Of a stretch of DNA of 56,532 nt, positions 8,847 to 18,454 are shown one piece after another. Made by a program: the position numbers and the translations under genes. The notes beneath the pieces are model-generated. The model saw nothing but the letters and a program-made list of their open reading frames with translations. It searched no databases and was not told the origin of the DNA. Positions within the stretch are counted from its first letter, which is position 1. Each line of letters begins with the position of its first letter. Origin of the DNA: Verrucomicrobiota bacterium. GTDB taxonomy: Bacteria; Verrucomicrobiota; Verrucomicrobiia; Limisphaerales; CANJSG01. The stretch covers positions 1 through 56,532 of the forward strand of contig JBBQXJ010000023.1 in assembly GCA_038209745.1 (NCBI GenBank), written 5' to 3'.

Positions 8847-9608
8847 ATGAATTCTATATCGGTCAGCGCGCTGGGTCTGATGCTGTTTGCGCCCGTTGTT
8901 TCGGTGCAGGCGGTCACCCTGACTTTGGTTGGCTCGGAGGCCGCCCTGCCATGGTCTTTGGCGGACGACTTCGAAGGCCTCAGCTATTACGGGTCGTCGG
9001 GAGTTGCTGGAGTGACCCCCGTGACCGCTCCGCTGAGCGTCCTCGGCGGTCTTGGAACCCTGAGCCTGTCGCCGTCCTCCGGGAATCTGGTCGTTTACGG
9101 AAATCCGCCGTTGGGTGCCGGAGCTGCCTCCGGCTCGGGAGTGCCCTCGTCCAGTGCCAGCTACCCCGGTTTCAGGCTCAATGGCAGCTTCGCCGGCACG
9201 GCGCAGTCCAGCGCCAAAGCGTTGGGAGCCGATGCTCCGGCCGCATCTGTCACGATTGATTTCAGCCAACCGGTCGACGCGTTCGGATTCTATGGGGCAG
9301 CGGAAATGTCGGCGATGTTCGGTGTCAGCTTGTTCGACACCACCGGCACTTTGATCGACGTCGCCCAAGACATGCCGAGCTCCTCTGCAGCGCTCGACTT
9401 TTGGGGTTGGCAGTCCCCGGTGGGGATCGGCAGCGTCAAGATCACCGGTGACTATCTCGCCTTTGACCGATTGCTCGTGAAGGGCAGTGGATTGAATCAA
9501 TTCGCTCCGCCTCCAATTCCTCCGGCAGTCCCGGAAGTGGCTGTCGTCGCGCCAGTGTTGGGTGCGGTCTTGATCGGGTTCGAGCTCGTCCGTCGTCGTC
9601 GTCGGTAG
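8847..9608 (+). CDS. PEP-CTERM-like sorted surface protein
   Basis: Signal peptide ending VQA; C-terminal VPE, hydrophobic segment and RRRRR. Confidence 0.8.
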   Translation: MNSISVSALGLMLFAPVVSVQAVTLTLVGSEAALPWSLADDFEGLSYYGSSGVAGVTPVTAPLSVLGGLGTLSLSPSSGNLVVYGNPPLGAGAASGSGVPSSSASYPGFRLNGSFAGTAQSSAKALGADAPAASVTIDFSQPVDAFGFYGAAEMSAMFGVSLFDTTGTLIDVAQDMPSSSAALDFWGWQSPVGIGSVKITGDYLAFDRLLVKGSGLNQFAPPPIPPAVPEVAVVAPVLGAVLIGFELVRRRRR

Positions 9609-9632
9609 CCTTCTTTCTCCAGCTGATTTGAG

Positions 9633-9668
9633 GACATCCGGGATTCCATCCCGGATGTCTTTGTTTTG
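9633..9668 (+). terminator. Rho-independent terminator
   Basis: GACATCCGGGAT-TCC-ATCCCGGATGTC followed by TTTGTTTT. Confidence 0.75.
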
Positions 9669-9727
9669 GGAGGCTTGGGGAGGGGAGATTGACACTTCGC
9701 ACCTTGATGCCTCTCTTTGTCGGCCTT

Positions 9728-10156
9728 ATGAGCGAACCGATCATCTATCCCCGCAGCCCCCGCGAAACCATGGCGGGCTGGGTGTATCTGCCGCGCTACG
9801 TGGACAAGATCCGCCTCCACCTCGCCGGAAAGCTGCATCCGGACTATCGGGAGAATCTGGGGAAAGGGTTCGACGGGCTTTGGCTCAAAGTGGCCGGAAC
9901 GACGCACGAACAGATGGTGGAGGTCGTAAAGCATTCGGCCATCGACGGGCAGGTCTGTGACTGGGTCCGGGCCAACGTGAAGACCTCCGTTGCAGACCAG
10001 GATTCGCACCGGGACCATGTGCTGAATCATCCCCGCGCCACGGACCAAACCGCCGTGGCCCGTCTGCAAACGAGGAAGGAAGAGAGCGGTCTGGGAGCGC
10101 GGATGGAACTGAATACCTTTATCGACTATATCGACGCGGACGAGAAGCGGCTTTGA
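9728..10156 (+). CDS. DUF5069-like protein
   Basis: PRSPRETMAGW.YLPR..DK.R and C-terminal TF.DYIDADEKR pattern. Confidence 0.7.
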   Translation: MSEPIIYPRSPRETMAGWVYLPRYVDKIRLHLAGKLHPDYRENLGKGFDGLWLKVAGTTHEQMVEVVKHSAIDGQVCDWVRANVKTSVADQDSHRDHVLNHPRATDQTAVARLQTRKEESGLGARMELNTFIDYIDADEKRL

Positions 10157-10275
10157 GCTTCTCCCGCCCGGCTTTTCCGACCCGAAATCGGCCCAGGAAG
10201 GCCGATATGGGAGGACAAGTTTGTAAACTGCCATTGCCAAACCTGTTCTGGCGTGGCTAAAACCCGGCACATTTC

Positions 10276-13080
10276 ATGGGAAAAGCGTTAATCATCGCCG
10301 AAAAACCGTCCGTCGCGGCCGACATCGCGAAGGCGTTGGGGGGCTTCAAGAAAGAGGCCGACTTCTTCGAGAACGACGAGTTTGTCGTTTCCTCGGCGGT
10401 CGGGCATCTGTTGGAGCTGGCCGTGCCGGAGGAGTTCGACGTCAAGCGGGGCAAGTGGACCTTCGGCGCCCTGCCGCACCTTCCTCCGGAGTTCACCCTG
10501 GCGCCGATCGAGCGGAACGTGAACCGGTTGAAGGTTCTCCAGAAACTAATCAAACGGAAGGATGTCGACCGGTTGGTCAATGCGTGCGACGCCGGCCGCG
10601 AGGGCGAATTGATCTTCCGGAACATCGTCGCCCACACCAAGGCGAAGCAGCCGATCCAGAGGCTTTGGCTCCAGTCCATGACGCCCCAGGCGATCCGGGC
10701 TGGATTCGAAAACCTGCGGAGCGACGCCGAGATGGTGCCCCTTTCCGATGCGTCCCGGTCCCGGTCCGAAGCCGATTGGCTCGTGGGCATCAACGGCACC
10801 CGGGCCATGACCGCCTTCAACAGCAAGGCGGGCGGATTCTACAAGACCACCGTCGGCCGGGTGCAGACTCCCACCCTGGCCATCGTGGTGGAACGCGAGG
10901 CGAAGATCCGGAAGTTCGTGTCGCGGGACTACTGGGAGGTGCTGGGATCCTTCCATGCCTTGGCCGGCGCCTATCAAGGCCGTTGGTTCGACGAGACCTT
11001 CAAGAGAACGGACGGCAAGGACGGGGACGCCGAGCAGAGGGCCGAGCGCCTATGGGAAAAGACCCGGGCCGAAGGTATCCGGGCCAAGTGCCTCGGGCAG
11101 CCGGGCACCGTCACCGAGGAGAGCAAGCCCGCCACGCAGCTCTCGCCGCTCCTCTTTGACCTGACCACCCTCCAGCGCGAGGCCAACGGCCGCTTCGGCT
11201 TCAGCGCCAAGAACACGTTGGCCATCGCCCAGTCGCTCTACGAGAAGCACAAGGCGCTCACCTATCCGCGAACCGATTCGCGCTTCCTCCCGGAAGACTA
11301 TCCGGGAACGGTCCGCGACACCTTGAGGGCTCTTGGAGACACGGTCTTCGCACCGTTCGCCGGCAAGATCCTGAAGGAAGGCTGGGTCCATCCCAACAAG
11401 CGGATCTTCAACAACGCGAAGGTCAGCGATCACTTTGCGATCATTCCCACCGGACAGCTGCCCAAGAACCTGAGCGAGCCCGAGCAAAAGCTGTTCGATC
11501 TGGTGACCCGACGGTTCCTCGCCGTGTTCTATCCGGCGGCCGAATTCCTGGAGACGGTCCGCATCACCCGGGTGGTGGGGGAGCCTTTCAAGAGCGTCGG
11601 GAAAGTGCTGGTCAAAGCCGGCTGGCTCGAAGTCTACGGCAAGGAAGCGCAGACCGATGGCGACGCCCCGACCCTGGCTCCCATCCGACCGAACGAAGAA
11701 GTCCAGACGACCGACGTCGAGGTGAAACAGACCGCGACCAAGCCGCCGGCGCGCTACACCGAGGCCACGCTGCTCGGCGCGATGGAAAGCGCGGGCAAAC
11801 TGGTCGACGACGAAGAACTGCGCGAAGCCATGAGCGAGCGCGGTCTCGGCACACCCGCCACTCGGGCGGCCACGATCGAGGGCCTCATCACCGAGGAATA
11901 CCTCCTGCGCAACGGACGCGAGCTCCAGGCCACGGCCAAGGCGATCTCGCTCGTCCAGTTGCTCGACGGACTCGGCGTCAGCGAACTGACCAAGCCCGAG
12001 ATGACGGGCGACTGGGAATTCCAGCTCAAGAAGATGGAGCGTGGGCAATTGCCGCGCGACCAGTTCATGGGCGAGATCCGGCGCTTCACCGAGGAGATCG
12101 TCAGCAAGGCCAAGCGCTACGACAAGGACACCATTCCCGGCGACTTCGGCGTGCTCCAGACGCCATGCCCGAAGTGCGGCGGCGTGGTCCACGAGAAGTT
12201 CCGCGAGTTCAAGTGCCAGAGCTGCGACTTCGCCGTCAGAAAGGTGCTTTCCAGCCGGATGTTCGAACCCGCCGAGGTCGAGACGCTGATCCGCGACAAG
12301 CAGATCGGGCCGCTCCAGGGCTTCCGCAGCATGAAGGGCTTTCCCTTCGCCGCATTGATCAGGCTGTCCCCCGAGAACGAGGTGAAGTTCGACTTCGGCG
12401 AGGACAAGAAAGACGAGGACGGCAAAGACGCGGCCCCGGTCGACTTCAGCGGCAAAGAGCCGCTCGGCGTCTGTCCGAAATGCGGCGCGCGCGTCTTCGA
12501 AAACGGGATGAACTACGTCTGCGAAAAAGCGGTCGGCCCCGGCAAGTCCTGCACCTTCAAGACCGGCGCGATCATCCTCCAGCAGCCCATCGACAAATCC
12601 CAGGTCACCAAGCTCCTCGCCAACGGCCGGACCGATCTGCTGGACAAGTTCATCAGCAAGAAGACCAACCGCGCCTTCAAGGCGTTCCTCACCCTCGACA
12701 AGGACAAGGACGTGAAGTTCGAGTTCGAGAAGCGCGACGCCAAGGGCAAGGGAGCGAAGTCCAAAGAGCCGGCGGCGCCGGTCGATTTCACCGGCCAGGA
12801 ACCCATCGGCAAATGTCCGAAGTGCGGCGGCAACGTCTTCATCGGGCCGAACGACTACCTCTGCGAGAACACCCAGCGCGAGACCAGACGCTGCACCTTC
12901 AAGAGCGGCAAGGTCATCCTCCAGCGCGAAGTCTCCGTGCCGGAGATCCAGAAACTGATGGCGACGAAGAAGAGCGACCTGCTCGAGAAGTTCGTCAGCA
13001 AATCCGGCAAGCCCTTCTCCGCCTGGCTGGTCCTCGACGCAAAGGGCAAGGTGACCTTCGAGTTCCCCGATCGGGAGTAG
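10276..13080 (+). CDS. topB: Type IA DNA topoisomerase III with C-terminal Zn-ribbon/Toprim_Crpt repeats
   Basis: IAEKPSVA, NACDAGREGELIF, GRVQTPTL, active-site TYPRTDS, GLGTPATRA; three CPKCG motifs. Confidence 0.93.
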   Translation: MGKALIIAEKPSVAADIAKALGGFKKEADFFENDEFVVSSAVGHLLELAVPEEFDVKRGKWTFGALPHLPPEFTLAPIERNVNRLKVLQKLIKRKDVDRLVNACDAGREGELIFRNIVAHTKAKQPIQRLWLQSMTPQAIRAGFENLRSDAEMVPLSDASRSRSEADWLVGINGTRAMTAFNSKAGGFYKTTVGRVQTPTLAIVVEREAKIRKFVSRDYWEVLGSFHALAGAYQGRWFDETFKRTDGKDGDAEQRAERLWEKTRAEGIRAKCLGQPGTVTEESKPATQLSPLLFDLTTLQREANGRFGFSAKNTLAIAQSLYEKHKALTYPRTDSRFLPEDYPGTVRDTLRALGDTVFAPFAGKILKEGWVHPNKRIFNNAKVSDHFAIIPTGQLPKNLSEPEQKLFDLVTRRFLAVFYPAAEFLETVRITRVVGEPFKSVGKVLVKAGWLEVYGKEAQTDGDAPTLAPIRPNEEVQTTDVEVKQTATKPPARYTEATLLGAMESAGKLVDDEELREAMSERGLGTPATRAATIEGLITEEYLLRNGRELQATAKAISLVQLLDGLGVSELTKPEMTGDWEFQLKKMERGQLPRDQFMGEIRRFTEEIVSKAKRYDKDTIPGDFGVLQTPCPKCGGVVHEKFREFKCQSCDFAVRKVLSSRMFEPAEVETLIRDKQIGPLQGFRSMKGFPFAALIRLSPENEVKFDFGEDKKDEDGKDAAPVDFSGKEPLGVCPKCGARVFENGMNYVCEKAVGPGKSCTFKTGAIILQQPIDKSQVTKLLANGRTDLLDKFISKKTNRAFKAFLTLDKDKDVKFEFEKRDAKGKGAKSKEPAAPVDFTGQEPIGKCPKCGGNVFIGPNDYLCENTQRETRRCTFKSGKVILQREVSVPEIQKLMATKKSDLLEKFVSKSGKPFSAWLVLDAKGKVTFEFPDRE

Positions 13081-13199
13081 AAACGCGGCGGTCGGGGCGG
13101 GGAGCCTGGCGTTTCGCGCGGGTTTGATGGTGGTTCTTGTTCTGGACTGGTCGCCTGTGGATGTAGAATCCGCTGTTGTCGTTCGGTTTCAATTTGAAC

Positions 13200-15653
13200 A
13201 TGCCAATCGCCTCTCTCTTCCCGGTTCGCGGGCTTCATCGCCTCCGGTCGCTTCTGGCCGCCGCCGCGTTGGTGGGCTGCCATCAGATGAACGGCCCGTC
13301 TGGGGCGCCGAAGTCTCCTGCCATTGCTCCTGCACCGCTCGCCTCTGCCAGGTTCACGGTCATCGATGGAGCGATCGAACGCTTCGTCACCAATGGCGAC
13401 ATCCCCGGGGCGACGTTCTGGCTGGGCCATGGCGGAGCTTCGTATCACCGGGCCTACGGGCAGAGATCGGTCGCGCCGACGCGGGAACCGATGACGGAAA
13501 GCACGGTCTTCGACGTGGCTTCGTTGACCAAGGTGGTCGCCACCACGCCGTCGATCATGGTTCTGGTGGAACGGGGGCGGATCGACTTGGACGCGCCGGT
13601 CTCGCGCTACCTCCCGGAGTTCACGGGAGGCGGCAAGGACGCGATCACCATCCGGCAGTTGATGACGCACACGTCGGGCTTGAGACCGGGTCTTTCGGCG
13701 CAGCCAGCGTGGTCCGGCTACGACGCTGGAATTGCTCGGGCCTGCGCCGAGACAGTCGCTCTGCCCCCCGGCACCGCGTTCAAGTATTCCGACATCAACT
13801 TCATCGTCCTCGGCGAAGTGGTCCGCCGGGTGGGAGGGTTGCCGCTGGACGAATTCGCCGCCAAGGAAGTGTTCCGGCCGCTGAAGATGAAGGACACGGG
13901 CTTCTGGCCCCTGAAGCGCATGGCGGCCTCGCGGATCGCGCCCACGGAATTGATCGATGGAGCGCCCCTGCGCGGCGTGGTGCATGATCCGACTTCGCGG
14001 CGGATGGGCGGCGTGGCCGGACATGCCGGATTGTTTTCCACCTCGGCGGATCTGGCGCGGTATGCGCAGATGCTCTTGAACCTGGGGGAACTGGACGGCG
14101 TGCGCGTCTTGAAGCCCGAGACCGTGCGTCTCATGTCCTCCGTCCAATCGCCCGGAGCGGTCGAGGCGCGGCGCGGGCTGGGCTGGGACATCGATTCGCC
14201 CTACAGCCGGCCGCGCGGCACGGTCTTCCCTCTCGGCTCCTACGGGCACACCGGCTTCACCGGATGCATTCTTTGGATGGATCCGTTCTCGAAGAGCTTC
14301 TACGTGCTGCTGTCGAACCGCGTGCATCCCGACGGCAAGGGCAGCATCGTGGCGCTTTATCGCGAGATCGGCACGCTCGCCGCCGAGGCGGTGGGGGACT
14401 TCGATTTCACCAAAGTGACGGGTGCGCTGGCGCCGCGTCCGGCGGAGGTGGGTGCCCTACCGGCGAAGTCCGGTGCGGTGCTGAACGGCATCGACGTGCT
14501 GAAGCGCGACGGCTTCGCCAAGTTGAAGGGCAGGCGCGTCGGCCTGATCACGAACCACACGGGTCGCGACCGCGAAGGCAACGCCACCATCGACCTGCTT
14601 CACCAGGCTCCCGGAGTGACGCTCGTCCGCCTCTTCAGCCCCGAACATGGCATTCGCGGCGCGATCGACGACAAGGTGGGCGATTCGGTGGATGCCAAGT
14701 CCGGCCTGCCGGTCATCAGCCTGTATCCGGCGGCGCCAAAGCGCCCGACCGGCATGTCGGACGCGGATTACACCGCGCGGGTCATGGAGACGCGCAAGCC
14801 GAGGCCCGAACAGTTGAAGGATCTCGATGTGCTCGTCTTCGACATCCAGGACATCGGCTGCCGGTTCTACACCTACATTTCCACGATGGGCGGCTCGATG
14901 GACGCCGCCGCCAAAACCGGCATCGAGTTCATGGTCCTCGACCGCGTCGATCCCATCGGAGGCGCGATCATCGAGGGTCCGGTCCAGACCCGCTTCCAGA
15001 GCTTCGTGGGCTACCACTCGATCCCGGTCCGGCACTCGATGACCGCCGGTGAATTGGCCGGAATGTTCAACGAGGAACTGGGCTATCGGGCCAGGCTCAC
15101 CGTCGTGCCGGTCGAAGGCTGGAAGCGCGGCATGTGGTATGACGAGACCGGGCTGCCCTGGATCGATCCTTCGCCCAACATCCGCAATCTGACCGAGGCC
15201 ACGCTCTATCCGGGCATTGGTTTGATCGAATTCAATCCGGTCTCGGTCGGCCGCGGGACCGACACGCCGTTCGAGCACGTGGGTGCGCCATGGATCGACG
15301 GCGATCGACTGGCGAATGAAATGAACCGCTTGAAGCTGTCCGGCATCCGGTTCGAGCCGACCCGCTTCACGCCCGCGAGCAGCGTCCACGCGAAGAAGCC
15401 CTGCAGTGGCGTGAAGTTGATCGTGACCGATCGTGACACGCTCCGCTCCGTCGACGTCGGCGTCAGCCTCGCGATGGTCCTTGGCCGGCTCTATCCGGCG
15501 GAGTTCCAGAGCCCCCGGTTCGCCACCCTGATCGGGGACGCGGCCAGCGTGGAACTGATCGAAGAGAACGCCGGGTTGGATCGGCTGCACCAGCTCTGGG
15601 CCCCATCAACGACCGAGTTCATCTCCCGCCGGACCCGCTACATGCTGTATTGA
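13200..15653 (+). CDS. Lipoprotein: beta-lactamase-like serine hydrolase fused to DUF1343 (NamZ-like exo-N-acetylmuramidase)
   Basis: Lipobox ALVGC; SLTK (SxxK), YSD, GHTGFTG; then GLITNHTG, FSPEHGIRG, FDIQDIG.RFYTY, PSPNI, SVGRGT. Confidence 0.88.
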   Translation: MPIASLFPVRGLHRLRSLLAAAALVGCHQMNGPSGAPKSPAIAPAPLASARFTVIDGAIERFVTNGDIPGATFWLGHGGASYHRAYGQRSVAPTREPMTESTVFDVASLTKVVATTPSIMVLVERGRIDLDAPVSRYLPEFTGGGKDAITIRQLMTHTSGLRPGLSAQPAWSGYDAGIARACAETVALPPGTAFKYSDINFIVLGEVVRRVGGLPLDEFAAKEVFRPLKMKDTGFWPLKRMAASRIAPTELIDGAPLRGVVHDPTSRRMGGVAGHAGLFSTSADLARYAQMLLNLGELDGVRVLKPETVRLMSSVQSPGAVEARRGLGWDIDSPYSRPRGTVFPLGSYGHTGFTGCILWMDPFSKSFYVLLSNRVHPDGKGSIVALYREIGTLAAEAVGDFDFTKVTGALAPRPAEVGALPAKSGAVLNGIDVLKRDGFAKLKGRRVGLITNHTGRDREGNATIDLLHQAPGVTLVRLFSPEHGIRGAIDDKVGDSVDAKSGLPVISLYPAAPKRPTGMSDADYTARVMETRKPRPEQLKDLDVLVFDIQDIGCRFYTYISTMGGSMDAAAKTGIEFMVLDRVDPIGGAIIEGPVQTRFQSFVGYHSIPVRHSMTAGELAGMFNEELGYRARLTVVPVEGWKRGMWYDETGLPWIDPSPNIRNLTEATLYPGIGLIEFNPVSVGRGTDTPFEHVGAPWIDGDRLANEMNRLKLSGIRFEPTRFTPASSVHAKKPCSGVKLIVTDRDTLRSVDVGVSLAMVLGRLYPAEFQSPRFATLIGDAASVELIEENAGLDRLHQLWAPSTTEFISRRTRYMLY

Positions 15654-15666
15654 GGGTGCCGGCGGT

Positions 15667-16818
15667 CTAACCGAGGCGCTCGGCCCAGTGATCCTCGGCC
15701 ACGGCGAAGGAGCGGGTCATGCCGGCGCCGCCCAGGGCGTTCATCACGGTGAGGCCGGCGGCGGGCTCCGCGATCCACTCCGTCCGCGAAGGATGCTTCG
15801 CATAGATCCCGTGCCAGCGACCGGCGATCTCCCATGAGGGCAGCCGGACGATCTTCCGCAGTTCGCGCAGCATCAGGTCGTCGATCTCCGCGCGGTCGAA
15901 GGGCGTGATGGCGTCGTCGTATTCATGCGAGTCGCCGAGGACGAGGCCGCCGTCGGGATGCTGCGAGGCCATGACATGGATGCCGAAGCGGTCCAGTTCC
16001 GGGGTCTCCCGGGCGACCCGTTCCTTCAACGCGACCAAGCTCCGGCAATCCTGGAAGATGGCGTAGTGCCGCAGCGTGAGGCCGCTGGCGATCATCGGGC
16101 CCAGAGACCACCCCTCCGGCTGCGGGGCCGTTTTCAACATCTGAAGTTTGCATCGGCGAATGCCCGAACCGGCGAACGCTTCGGGCAGCAGTTGCCGGAA
16201 ATCTTCTCCGCTACAGACCACGGTCCGAGAAGCTTTCCAACGATTCCCATCCCCGGTCCAGACCCCATCCTCCGTCACGCGGCTTACCGGGCAGTCGAAG
16301 ACGAAGCGCACGCCATGTTTGCGGTGCAGGAATCCGGGCAGCGCCGCGACGACGGCGGGCGGGCAGACACAGGCCTCGGTCGGACTCCATAGGGCCCCGA
16401 GCAATCCGTCGGCAAGCGGGGCGGGGGATCGCTCCAGAGTCTGGCTCGGCGTCAGCATCACGGCGTCGACCCCGCTGGTCATGGCCTGACCGGCGAATTC
16501 CTCCAACACGGCGGCCTCGTCCTCGCGGTGCGCCAAGTGCAGCGAGCCACAGGCTTCGAACGAGAAGCCGGCCTCGGCCGCCAGCTCGGCCCAAAGGTCA
16601 CGGCTGCGGCGGGCTTGATCGTGGAGGGCGCCCGCCGGTTGGCCGATGGGCCAGACCATGCCGAAGTTGCGGATGGAGGCGCCGACCGCGCGTGGATGGC
16701 GCTCCAACACGGTGACGCGAAGGCCGCGGCGGGCGAGGGCCAGGGCGTTGGCCAATCCGACAATGCCTGCACCGATGACAATGGCGTCGCTTTGTTCGGC
16801 CGTGGCGGGAGGTATCAT
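15667..16818 (-). CDS. FAD-dependent oxidoreductase, TIGR03364/HpnW type (PbfC-like aminophosphonate oxidase)
   Basis: IGAGIVGLA, GASIRNFGMVWPIGQ, CKLQML, GDSHEY, GGAGMT; divergent from the phosphonate operon. Confidence 0.85.
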   Translation of the reverse strand: MIPPATAEQSDAIVIGAGIVGLANALALARRGLRVTVLERHPRAVGASIRNFGMVWPIGQPAGALHDQARRSRDLWAELAAEAGFSFEACGSLHLAHREDEAAVLEEFAGQAMTSGVDAVMLTPSQTLERSPAPLADGLLGALWSPTEACVCPPAVVAALPGFLHRKHGVRFVFDCPVSRVTEDGVWTGDGNRWKASRTVVCSGEDFRQLLPEAFAGSGIRRCKLQMLKTAPQPEGWSLGPMIASGLTLRHYAIFQDCRSLVALKERVARETPELDRFGIHVMASQHPDGGLVLGDSHEYDDAITPFDRAEIDDLMLRELRKIVRLPSWEIAGRWHGIYAKHPSRTEWIAEPAAGLTVMNALGGAGMTRSFAVAEDHWAERLG

Positions 16819-16869
16819 GGTTATGACGGTAGTCTTGCTGCCTGCGTGCGGATCCTGTCCAGAGGGCTT

Positions 16870-16953
16870 CGGCGACGATTCGGTGACAATTTCAAACAGG
16901 CCTCGTCACCGGACGCTAACCGGTTCGTCACAGGGCGGTCCGATGTTTGTAAC
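16870..16953. promoter_or_regulatory. Putative PHO-box array in the divergent promoter
   Basis: Plus strand GTCAC(16905), CTAAC(16916), GTCAC(16927), GTCCG(16938), GTAAC(16949) at exact 11-bp spacing; minus-strand pair TTGTCAC-N4-TCGTCGC at 16872-16889. Confidence 0.65.
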
Positions 16954-17154
16954 CCGCAGTTGGCATTAGTTTATCCGGCGGAGCGACTGGTCGCATCTGG
17001 TTGTCATTTCAATCGAAGACGCTGTCCCTCCCCTGCATTGGGGGCTGGACGGCTGAAGCCAGATCCTGCGTCCTTTGGATTGTAGGGTGAGAGTATCCCA
17101 GTTTTGGGACGCTTGTTGTTTCGCTTTTCAATCTGCCCGAGCCGGAATCTCTCT

Positions 17155-18003
17155 ATGAACCTTACCTTGTCGCGGTCCCAGCCCAAAGCTCGGGGATTCA
17201 CCCTGATCGAACTCCTGGTGGTCATTGCCATCATCGCCATTCTCGCCGGCATGTTGCTGCCGGCGTTGGCCGCCGCGAAGGACCGTGGAAAACAGACGGT
17301 GTGCTTCAATAATCTCAAGCAGATAGGACTGGCGGCCACGCTCTACGCCGACGACAACCGGGACACCTTCCATAATGTGAACGGAAGCATCCCGAACGAC
17401 GGGCAGTGGACCTCAAGTCCTCTCTCCACGAAGCTGTTGGATCCGGCCGATCCCAAGGCGTATTGGGCGATCGCCTATGCGCCCTACGCCGGATTCAAGT
17501 CCGCTCAAGTCAGCTACTCCAACGGCTACGGCAAGGGCGGCTCGATCCGGCTCTGGCGCTGCCCGTCGGCCGATATCGTGGACGAATGGCACGACGATGG
17601 AAGGAACTACCCGCACGACTGGTGGTTGGACTCGAGCATCGGCATCAACGGGTATCTAACGACTTGGTTTTCGGCGGGTCGTTCCGGGGTGAAGAAAGTC
17701 ACGTCCTACACGAGCCCGGCCGAAATGGTGTTCTCCCAGGATGCGTCAGAACAGAAGATGGAAGGAGCCGACGATACCTTGGGCCGGTTTCCGGGGAAGG
17801 CTGAGTGTCTGACCCAATGGAAATACAGCTTAGCCGGACTGTATCCCGGGGTGAAGCTGGAGAACGGCTGGTGGCGGCACAACCGGAACAAAGCGTGCAA
17901 CACCATCTGGGCGGACGGCCATGTCACCGCGATGCCCTACACCAAGACCGGCGTTGATTATCGCTGGTATGCCGGCGAACCGGGCCTTCCGGCCTATCCG
18001 TGA
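17155..18003 (+). CDS. Prepilin-type N-terminal cleavage protein with C-terminal H-Xn-DG motif (DUF1559-like)
   Basis: [43 protein letters not shown]...CN.IWADGHV. Confidence 0.9.
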   Translation: MNLTLSRSQPKARGFTLIELLVVIAIIAILAGMLLPALAAAKDRGKQTVCFNNLKQIGLAATLYADDNRDTFHNVNGSIPNDGQWTSSPLSTKLLDPADPKAYWAIAYAPYAGFKSAQVSYSNGYGKGGSIRLWRCPSADIVDEWHDDGRNYPHDWWLDSSIGINGYLTTWFSAGRSGVKKVTSYTSPAEMVFSQDASEQKMEGADDTLGRFPGKAECLTQWKYSLAGLYPGVKLENGWWRHNRNKACNTIWADGHVTAMPYTKTGVDYRWYAGEPGLPAYP

Positions 18004-18027
18004 GCGGCTCCATTTCATAACAACTTC

Positions 18028-18393
18028 ATGAAACGATTTTTAATCGCCTGTTGCCTTGCGGGAATGATCGTCGGGGTCGCCGGCTGCGGGAAAAAGACTC
18101 CTGCCGTGGTGGAAGTGGCCGTCGATCCGAGCGCGGTTTCACAGGCCTTCTCCAACGCACCGCCGGAGGCACGGCAAGAAGCCAGCCAAGCGCTGGATTC
18201 CCTGCAAAGCGGCAACGCGGTGGCCAGTTTCGAGCAGCTCCAACGCTTGGAGACCAAGGCCGGATTGACCCCGCAGCAGATGCGGGAAGCGGGGCGGGCC
18301 AAGGCGGCGGCGTTGCAGCAGGTCCAGAAAGCGGCGGCGGCGGGCGATCAAAGAGCCCAACAGACCATGGACCAATACCGATCCAGTCGGTAA
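18028..18393 (+). CDS. Small helical lipoprotein
   Basis: MKR plus hydrophobic stretch and lipobox VAGC; in operon with the prepilin-like gene. Confidence 0.75.
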   Translation: MKRFLIACCLAGMIVGVAGCGKKTPAVVEVAVDPSAVSQAFSNAPPEARQEASQALDSLQSGNAVASFEQLQRLETKAGLTPQQMREAGRAKAAALQQVQKAAAAGDQRAQQTMDQYRSSR

Positions 18394-18454
18394 TGCCCGC
18401 ATCTAGCGAATCGTAATTTCGACAATTCCTCCGTTTCTACACCAACCAACTAAA

